A stretch of DNA of 45,881 bases from Vermamoeba vermiformis (Eukaryota). The translations under genes and the position numbers were made by a program. How positions within the stretch are numbered: the stretch's first letter is position 1; each line of letters opens with the position of its first letter. Below the pieces are notes generated by a model. It made no database searches. It was not told the origin of the DNA and saw nothing but the letters and a program-made list of their open reading frames with translations. Where the stretch lies: assembly GCA_045837725.1 (NCBI GenBank), contig JBEWZL010000043.1:186001-231881 (forward strand), read 5' to 3'. Shown here piece after piece: positions 37,237 to 45,881 of the stretch.

Positions 37237-37773
37237 CTATTCTTGCATAACCTCATTATACAAGTCCAGTGACATCTTCTTTATGGCATAGAGATCACAA
37301 TGATGATTTGCATTCACGATCACCCGAAGTACAGAGGACGATCGATGAGCTGCAGCAATTTGCCAGAGAGAAGTACCAGTGTTCCAACCAACAAAAACGG
37401 CGTAATCAATTATACACCCATGATCTCCAATGGCTGCAGCCTCCAAAGAAACTCCGAGAGGGGCACGAAGAACTGTATGCGAGTAGATCAGGCTGGCAAG
37501 TTGACCATGTAAAGCAGCTGCTTCACATGTATCGCTGGTAGGTTCAACTCCTTGAGCGACAAGTGCCATCATGTACTTGATCTTCCCCTTTGAAGCCAAG
37601 TAATTCAACATCTTGCCATCACAGAGCTGTTTTGTTCTTTTGCAAACCAATCGCACAGCAGAGAGACTCCACAAGCAAGATGAATAATTGGCCATTAATC
37701 TGCTCTTGTCGACCAAGTCAAACTTTGATGGACGTACAATGTGGATCGGATCTAAGTTGCAAGGGTCCAGCAA
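37237..37773 (-). CDS. Divergent ankyrin-like repeat protein
   Basis: TCEAAALHGQLASLIYSH and SLEAAAIGDHGCIIDYA resemble the TC..AA..GHL..L.W.. ankyrin variant; preceded by AVRLVCKR (F-box-like). Confidence 0.5.
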   Translation of the reverse strand: MLDPCNLDPIHIVRPSKFDLVDKSRLMANYSSCLWSLSAVRLVCKRTKQLCDGKMLNYLASKGKIKYMMALVAQGVEPTSDTCEAAALHGQLASLIYSHTVLRAPLGVSLEAAAIGDHGCIIDYAVFVGWNTGTSLWQIAAAHRSSSVLRVIVNANHHCDLYAIKKMSLDLYNEVMQE

Positions 37774-38165
37774 TTTTATACCTATTGTAAGGAGGCCCGT
37801 AATATCAGGGTAGGCTTTCTGAGTAATTAAATGAAGAATAATTAATTATTTAATTTAAATAAAATAGTTCTTGAATTAAGAAAACAAAATTTAAAATTGT
37901 AGAAATGCTTAATTTAAATTGAAACTCACCAAATCTGAGATGAAGAGATTTCCACCAGGCTCTGAGACTGCTTGTATTTCAATAGAGCAAAAAGTAAGCT
38001 TTCTCCTAGTTTGTCCAGATCTGCGATGAAAACCATTGTTAATACTACAACATAGAGTAATAATGAATATTGGATTGATACAGTACTTTTTAAAAGATGA
38101 AGCCATGAGTTTGTTTGGATTCTGCAACAAAAAAAATGTACCGAACAACTACAATTTTTATTTAT

Positions 38166-39417
38166 TTACAAAATATCGCTAGAACGAGAATAGCTCATTT
38201 CAACACTATCACTGCTACTAGCATCATCATCTCCAATATCTTCGTCCATGGGGACATATTCTGATAATGATGAATCCTCGTGCACCAGCAAGTCACTATC
38301 GAGGGACTCATCTGCAGGTGCAGGTGCAGGTGCAGGTGCAGGTGCACGTTCATGTGCACGTGCTTGTGCAACTTCAGCTTCAGTCGGAGGGTACAAGCCC
38401 TGAAACCAATAGCAAGTATCAAAGTTGGGATCTGCTCTCACCTTTAAATTTGGCTGGTACCCCCAAACTTGACATGACTGGGCCGTTTCATCCTGCGTAA
38501 TGCCTTTCAGCATACCTCGAGTTTGTTGTAGGCTCTCTAAGTTTACATTCTCCCCAAAAGTTGGATCTTTTGCTAGCACTTCATCTGTGGCATCTTCGAT
38601 CTTAATAAAATGGTTAGCCCGATCATTAATGTTATACTTATATGTACTTACTCCATAAACATTGGCAATAACTGTTGAATGAATTTGTAATAGAATGCCA
38701 GCGTACTTGACAATGTTGTCCATAGCATCTTGCTCCTCTCTAATCTCCTCCTCCTCGTGTTGTGATTTGGGCACAACATGTGACCGCCATGGCTTTGTTG
38801 ATGCAGTGCCTGTGGTGGCAGCTGCCTTAAAACTGACTACTGTCTCCACCGAATTGCCAGAATAAGTTCGTGTCAACTTAATTTGTCTCTTCCTTTTGAT
38901 CCATTCAACCTTGAAATCATATGCCACTTCGAATAATTTGATCATTTTACTAGTATAACTGGTATTAGACTCAATTTGAGAAATAAAACGTAATAAAAAA
39001 ACTTACTTAATTTGTTCGGTTACGACTGCTGGATCTGAGTCAATCTCTCCAAATATCTTCAGTGCAGTGCTCAATTCCACCCAATTCAAAGAATTAATGG
39101 ATTGAGGCGTTTCAATATTGAGCTTTCGAATAAACCAAGACTGATCTGGTTGAATAAAAAAATAAAATTAAAATCAATTTCTTAGTATTACGATTCAAAT
39201 AATTATTAATTGCACTTACCTAGCTTTGAGTATTTGTCCGAAATTAGTTTTGAAATTTTTGGTGGATCTGCAGAGGACACGCCAGCGATCCAAACATTCG
39301 ACACCCATATCTTACGAGCTGTTCTATCGAACAAAGCTCCATCTATCAGATTGTACCTTTTAATTAAATGTTAGTGACATTCATGTCACTTTCCTTTTAC
39401 CTGTCGTTTTTCTTCAT
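38166..39417 (-). CDS. Multi-exon hypothetical protein with acidic tail
   Basis: ATG at 39417, three GT-AG introns, 259-codon last exon; no family recognised. Confidence 0.55.
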
Positions 39418-39476
39418 GATTCGAATTTACTAAAACATATTTTTTTAATTTTTTACGCCTTGTAAACAGTAACAAA

Positions 39477-40460
39477 ATGTCAAGTAGTGAAAGTGGAGAT
39501 GAGTCAAAAAGAAGAAGAGTTGGTAAAAGAAGAAGATCCACGAGGATTGCTATGATTCCTAAAACCAGCCCACAACCAATTTATGTATTTCCTTCAAAAA
39601 TTATAGTAGCCAAATCTCGAGATAATATACCGATATAGTAAGTAATAATTTAATATTTAATGAACATTACGTAATATTTTATAGTCAAAAGCAAGTAAAG
39701 AGAAAACCTCCACCAATTTCACCTGCAACAAAAACAAAATTGGTAAATGAGGATGAAAGTAAAGATAATCTGCTCATCGAAGAAGAATTTGAGATACACG
39801 TTGAAGAAACAAAGCCGAAGAAAAGTGAAAAAATTAATGAAAATTATGCTAATAATAATGACGAGCCAGTTAATGTTAGATTCAATACGAAAGGACGTGT
39901 TGGTAGCCTCAAAGATTATGTTGATGAATCCGTGGCCATTGATGAAGAAATAGATGAAGAAATGGAGGTGAAAGATAGACATTATCCACAATCAGCAATT
40001 AGATCATTGATTGAAGAGGATATGCCCGCAACAAAGAAAAGGAAGCTTGAACACGAGACATTAGAGCCACAAAAAAAGATCGAGCTTAATTCAACAACAA
40101 TTGCTGACAGCCAAACCACAGAGCAGCAATTGGAAGAAGATAGCGAGCAAGATTTATCCACGGCGATTGCAGAGATTTCATCCGGCAAGTTTTACCTTTT
40201 AAATCTCCAACAACTAATTATGCTAACATCTGTTTAAAGAAGACCCTAGACAGATAGTTGAGTGGCTAAAGGAGGACGCACAACTTGAGGTGGATAAGCA
40301 CGAGTTCCAAAGGGGCGTTCTGACGATCACAAAAAATTTTACAAAGGGTCGAGAAGATGTCGAATGGAGTGGTATTGCTCTTTTTTTTCTTCAATCAGTT
40401 GTTGAAGATTGGGGAAAATATTTGGTGCAAGCACTTTGTGCTAAAGAACAAGACAAATAA
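39477..40460 (+). CDS. Three-exon acidic/basic hypothetical nuclear protein, divergent from the previous gene (59 bp apart)
   Basis: MSSSESGDESKRRRVGKRRRS; TKKRKL; last exon ends ALCAKEQDK*. Confidence 0.55.
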
Positions 40461-40649
40461 ATTTTCGTTAATTTATATGATTTCTGCACCTGCACCTGCA
40501 CCTGCACCTGCACCTGCACCTCATAATTAGCAGGTGCATTTGCTTGAATGGATTGCTCCAATTTTTTTGTGTTATACAAGCATCAAATTCTTATTTCGTT
40601 AATGTATACCTTTATTAATAACAGTAATACACATGTGCGTATTGCTAAA

Positions 40650-41532
40650 ATGAGAGGATATTGTGTTATATGCAAGACCACAACCTCATCGGGCTGGTGG
40701 AAATTGAGGCCAGAATGGGAGTGTTATGCTACAGCCAACATTAATATTAAAGGTAGAAAGAAGAACACTATATGCGCCTCATGCGCAAAATCCCTTTCTA
40801 AAGCAGGAGAAGCAGCAGATCCACTTGTCCAAGAATTCACCAGCTCGACCGCAGAAAAGCCAGCACCAATCATCAGCAATTCACCTATTGAGGGAAAAGG
40901 TATCATTTGTATATTGTATTTGATTTTAATTATTTTTTGTTGATTTTTAAACGCCATCTGCATTCTCGACTGAAGTGTGTTCTCGTACTAACTTACAGTT
41001 TCCAGGGCTGTTTGCAACTAGGGATTACAAGGCTAACGAATTGGTAACCCTTTACCTTGGGAAAGTCCTCTCAAAGGAATACCGAGATCAACTGCTGGAT
41101 GCAACGTACGTTCGAGATGATGGAACCTTCATTATTGATGGCAAGTCACACCTAAATGATCCCAGAGGATATGGAAGGTGGATAAACCACTCTGAAAGTC
41201 CAAATTGCCGCTGGGAATTATTTTGGAGCACAAAGGAAGCATGCCAGTACCGCGGAATTAAGGCTAAAAGAGATATTGCAAAAGGAGAAGAATTTACTAT
41301 CGATTATGGTAATTACAACTTTATTTACATTATGCTTACATTTCTAATACAGCATATAATACCAGGTCGTGGTTACTGGAGAAAGTTTGGAGGCCAATCA
41401 AAGCACCAGAATAAAGCAGGAAGGAAGCGCAAGACCAACAGAATAATAAATAAGGACAAAACTGCTTTAAATAATGTGCAGGAAACTCGGATCTTGCGCC
41501 AAAGAAAAAATATTTCCTACAAGGACATGTAG
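40650..41532 (+). CDS. SET-domain lysine methyltransferase with N-terminal GATA-like C4 zinc finger (3 exons)
   Basis: CVICKTTTSSGWW..TICASC; SPIEGK|GLFATRDY (motif I); RWINHSESPNC and AKRDIAKGEEFTIDYG|RGYW (motifs III/IV); introns 40900-41005 and ~41309-41365. Confidence 0.9.
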
Positions 41533-42174
41533 AACCGTGAACAAAAATAAAGGAACTAACTTTAGACCAATAGGATTGCAGAACAAGGATTTTAGGATAT
41601 TTGGCCAAGAAACGGCTAGTAACTTTTAGGCGGGAAAGTTTGAGTCGGACCAATTTTCAGGTTTTACAGGCTACCAGCAATTGCCTGAGCATTGGGGTAC
41701 AAGAACAATTAACTGTATTTATTATTTAATAAGCTACGAACCCTAACTACCAATTTTTTTTACATTTTTACTTCGAATCTGAGACTGGATCAAGCAACAC
41801 TGCTCTCTTCTCACAGCAAACGTAAGTCATTCCAATACTCAGTTGTAGTTAATATTTTATTTGTGGTTACAGCAGACTAGAGCAGAGCTGCGTATGCTAA
41901 ATGCGCAGCCTTGGGTAGTTGGCCGCAGCTGAGCGTCCGGTCACGGGAGTGAGATAAGCTAGGGCCTCTAGTGGACCGCTATCAACTTCCAATTAAGTGC
42001 AACGGGTGATAGAAGCTGTTCCAGTCCAATTACCCAAGGTTGCACATGTACAGCATTGCATCCCAGCTTGATCCGATAATGCACCTCGAATTGCACCTGC
42101 ACACGTCAATCGCACCCCGTAAGTCGCAGAAACTTGTACTTTATTGTATAATCAAAATAAATGTTTATTTAATA

Positions 42175-43574
42175 TCAAGTAGTGTACAATTGTCTTATTA
42201 ATTCAGCTTTCCTACGTTGCCTTTGATTTTTTCTCTTTTTTCGTTTTTGATCGGATGTTGGATCAATGTTGAAAGTGAGTTCAGTGCAATTGGTCTTTCT
42301 GTTGTCAAGCAACAACTCCTGCGTGCAGTGTCTAATTAACGGGCTCTTTAAAGTATATTAGTAACAAGTGTAAGTTAAGTTGGCCGGATGGACGCACCAA
42401 ATCTGGATCGCTGATTAAGAGGGCTTGACGTAATTCAGCAGCTGCCCACCAGTTAAAAGCTCCAATACCAATATCTTTGGGTCCAATTACATTGACTTCA
42501 ACTTGTTTCCAACGATCTGTTGAGGGTGGTTCCTCCTGCAGAAGTAGCTCTGGGGTGAAGCAGGAACCTCCAGAGGGGATACGCATTGCACCTGCACCTG
42601 CAGTCAATGTCCCTACTTCAAATTTGATTACTTTGGCTCGTTTTCCAGTACGGAGCAACACTGATGGTTGCCTGTAAACTCGTATGAAAATAGATCTGAA
42701 GTCCAACCATCTCCATTCATTGAACTTGACAATTGCAGTGTGGCTATCAGTGTATCGATGTATGTAGTTATCCATGTACGTGAAGTATACTCGCACTATC
42801 TGCACCAGGTTTGCAATCCCACCACAGGCATCAATGACTTCGGTAAAGAGCATCCAAGGGCGTACTGAGAACTGCTCAAACAAGAGCAGGCTAATCTCAG
42901 AAGCAGAGTAGCTACCAATGCCATTGAACAGCGATTGATTGAGTAACGCATGGTGAAGTGAGGCAAGCTGAAAGATAAAACGGTCGGTTAGGTGCAGGTG
43001 CAGGTGCAGGTGCAGGTGCAGAAGTTTGTACTTTGAAGTATTTAGGATACTGAGTTATGGCTGCCTCCAAATATTGTTCAAAGTGATTACAATCGAGTAT
43101 ATCAGGGCCACGGTTATCTTCAAATGCAGGCTGATCTGGTTGTAAGTATTTAAAGGTTGCTTGATTACGAAAACTGTTGCAGTCTATCATAAAAATTGCT
43201 TCATCCCCATCTAATTCGAATATCATGCTTGTTCGGTCATTCATTGGGTAGTTTTTGATATCAGAAATATCTCCAATGTAGAAATTGGCGCCTTGTCCCA
43301 TACTAAATCGGATCTTACTTCCAGTATTATATATATACTTAGGCTTAGTCCTTTTAAGGGTTATAAGCCTTTTCCTGCGGGATAACCCCAAAATTGTAAC
43401 TTTTATAAATAAACTAGAATTTCACTATACAATTTCAAGTTTTGTATATTTGGATTGTGTGTTTTTCTGTGACATAACCCTGAACCATCCAAGATTCAAA
43501 AAATACAGATTCGGTGGTTTATTTTATAAAAGGAGTTTACAATTACAAGAAACCAAGGTGTATCTCCCTGGCAT
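42175..43574 (-). pseudogene. Fpg/Nei (NEIL1-like) DNA glycosylase/AP-lyase homologue, probably disrupted
   Basis: Removing intron ~43030-42969 joins RGPDIL..YPKYFK to LASLHHALLNQSLFNGIGSYSASEI (H2TH motif; cf. NEIL1 LLDQRFFNGIGNYLRAEI). Upstream SRRKRL, RFSMG and FMID..F; in-frame MPG at 43574 is followed by stops. 3' end approximate. Confidence 0.7.
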
Positions 43575-44025
43575 TGCTAAAAAACCAAGGCGTTGGGGTA
43601 AGTCAAAAAAGTTATAAATAAAATTGAAAATTGTATGTTCATTTTATCAAATTTGGTACACTTGAGGCTACAGTACCAAGGCTTGCACGGCAGAAGGGCT
43701 AGCACTAGGGCTTGTGTAGGGGTTAACAAATCTATATATACAAAATCAAAATCCGTATATATATATTTAGTAACTATGCAAAAAGACAGAATGCTCGGTG
43801 CCAATATCCATGTGCTGATGCACTGGTACAGCAACTGGAATTTTTTGTTAATATGTATAAAGAAAAATGATAATTGTATATATGAAAATAAAAGTATCCA
43901 TACGATGCACTTGCCTGCGGCACTTTGCAGTTTTGCTAAGTCGAGTCCATTTCTATATAAACAAGAATCAAATTTGTATATACGAAATATGGGGTTTGGT
44001 TGTGGAACTTGGAAACATTTGCCAA

Positions 44026-44710
44026 AGGTTATACTTTTTATCTAGGGTTATACCTTGACCGTAGTCCAAGGACTACGCTCAAACTCAGAATTCTCAACTG
44101 AGTGTAGTCCGAGGACTACGCTCAAATCAAGAATTCCCAACTGAGCGTAGTCCAAGGACTACAGTCAAAGTATAACCCTGAATAAAAGTATAACCCTTTG
44201 ATGACCGTAGTCCGAGGACTACGCTCAAATCTAGAATTCTCAACTGAGCGTAGTCCAAGGACTACGGTCAAATCCAGAATTCTCAACTGAGCGTAGTCCT
44301 TGGACTACGGTCAAATACAGAATTCTTAACTTACCATCAACATCCAAATGCATTACACAGTTAGGCGTATACCATTGAGAAACTAATATGAATGTATTAG
44401 TATTCGTATATACGAATTTGAAAAGTATTTGTACAAATTACCAACGTATTTAAATTAAGAGTGACCGTAGTCCGTGGACTACGCTCAAATCAAGAATTCC
44501 CAACTGAGTGTAGTCCAAGGACTACGCTCAAATCAAGAATTCCCAACTGAGCGTAGTCCAAGGACTACGGTCAAATACAGAATTCCCAACTGAGTGTAGT
44601 CCGAGGACTACGCTCAAATCCAGAATTCTTGATAATTCCAGGGTTATACTTTTGTATACTTTGAGCGTAGTCCTTGGACTACGCTCGAATTGGAAATTTA
44701 CGGGTTATGC
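44026..44710. repeat. 43-bp tandem array, 11 copies of the 24-bp palindrome GAGCGTAGTCC-NN-GGACTACGCTC, with GGTTATAC/GTATAACC inverted flanks
   Basis: Copies at 44057, 44100, 44143, 44203, 44246, 44289, 44463, 44506, 44549, 44592 and 44663; 44026-44053 is a near-perfect inverted repeat of 44170-44197. Confidence 0.95.
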
Positions 44711-45881
44711 AAAAGGTTGAAAAACTGTGAGAACATACCTAGCACTATTATAGCTGGACTCAATCATTCAACAGCAAAAGAGGAAGGTTGTTGTGACATT
44801 ATCTGCAGGAGTAACGTTAATAGTAATTAATTTTACACGTGAATTAGTTATTTAATTAATGCAAATGTTAATTTCTATATACAAAATTTAAATTCATATA
44901 GTCGATACTGTTAACTTACATGCATAAGCTTTAATTAAGGGTATTATAGGCAGATGCCACACTATATGTGGTGTTTGTGTTGAAAATTGAAAGTTTATGT
45001 TGAAGAAAAAAACTTAGTAATTTTTTTTTTGTCAGGGCACGTGCCTTGCTGAACCAAAACAGACTTGTGTGCACAGTCAGCCATAAATCTTATGCATCAA
45101 CAAAGGCACGCATCAATGCTGCCTTACTACTCAACAATGGCTGCCCCAGCAGCAGCTTGCATGGTCTGATCCAGATCATCAAACCAGATTGGCCGAGGAT
45201 CGGGATCTTGCTGGAAGCTTTGCCAGCTTTCAGAATTAAATATTAAGGTAAGTAATATTATATATATATAGTGGTATGTTTGTGGTGAAGCAGGTTGTAA
45301 ATTCTGTAACGTCCTGCTGAAATTATAATTTATTTAATTGTGGCGGTAAAAGATCTAGCCATTACAAAAATTTAATTTTCATATGTGAAGGTATTTCAAG
45401 CCAATTGTTTAATATGTTATTCACTATGATATTCTAATGAACAGGATATTTTTATTTTTTTTCTATCACCTTTAGTTGCTGAGATTTTGTTGATCCAGGT
45501 ACGCGTGCTCCATCCACGATCGATCACTGCAGACCCTTCTGCATATCCAGTAAGTAAACTGCATTAAGCACAAAAGAATGCTTACTAATGCTCTTCGTGT
45601 ACTAGGGTAGATATAGCTCTGCAATGTCAAGGAAGCCCCCAGTTGGTCAACATCTGGAAGTGACCTGGATCAAGGATCTGCCTTTCATCTTTCTACAGCT
45701 TCCCAAGTTCACTGATGAATATGGATATGGTGGTTTCAACATTAAGGAGGCAACATGAAGATATTGAGAGTCATTCTAAATAACTTATTGTAAGACGTAC
45801 AAATAAATTTATTTTTAAATATACAATTTTCATTTCTCTATATAACAACTATATGATTCAGCTTTTAGTTAAAACAGTAGC

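Larger units (their letters stand above)
34943..43021. repeat. Dispersed (TGCACC)n hexamer tracts
   Basis: Tracts near 34945, 35125, 35435, 36192, 37165-37212, 38312 (reverse), 40484-40521, 42092, 42586 and 42991 (reverse). Confidence 0.85.

Noticed and set aside
42969-43030. APAPAP linker in ORF 42912-43391
   Set aside because: It lies in a GT..CTAAC..AG intron whose removal restores the H2TH motif.
44057-44686. CRISPR array
   Set aside because: The ~19-bp spacers are near-identical to each other and no cas genes are present.

Overview
Eukaryotic (protist-like) DNA with many short GT-AG introns (GTAAGT donors, CTAAY branch points). The host cannot be identified from sequence alone. The window has two compartments. 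(1) 1-13.8 kb is compact, CpG-rich housekeeping DNA: an ABHD-type hydrolase, an RsuA-family pseudouridine synthase, a CRAL-TRIO protein, a GT13 GlcNAc-transferase, a type-I membrane protein, an ANKRD13-like protein and two F-box-like/ankyrin genes. (2) ~13.85 kb to the window end is an accessory island with partial CpG decay and at least six families of repeated palindromes. It carries a cluster of chromatin/DNA-acting genes that mostly emerge only after manual splicing: a ParB/Srx-like (GHHR) + degenerate JmjC-like + Zn-finger fusion, a RING protein, a C4-Zn-finger + SET methyltransferase, an Fpg/Nei-like glycosylase and a Tudor-like protein. The most unusual element is a ~5.4 kb, apparently non-coding, multi-exon locus (19.1-24.45 kb). 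Its ~80-95 nt exons recur every ~145 bp, fold into hairpins with compensatory substitutions between internal copies, and are rich in GATC. No transposase, capsid or polymerase gene was recognised. All domain calls, splicing and folding were done by eye.
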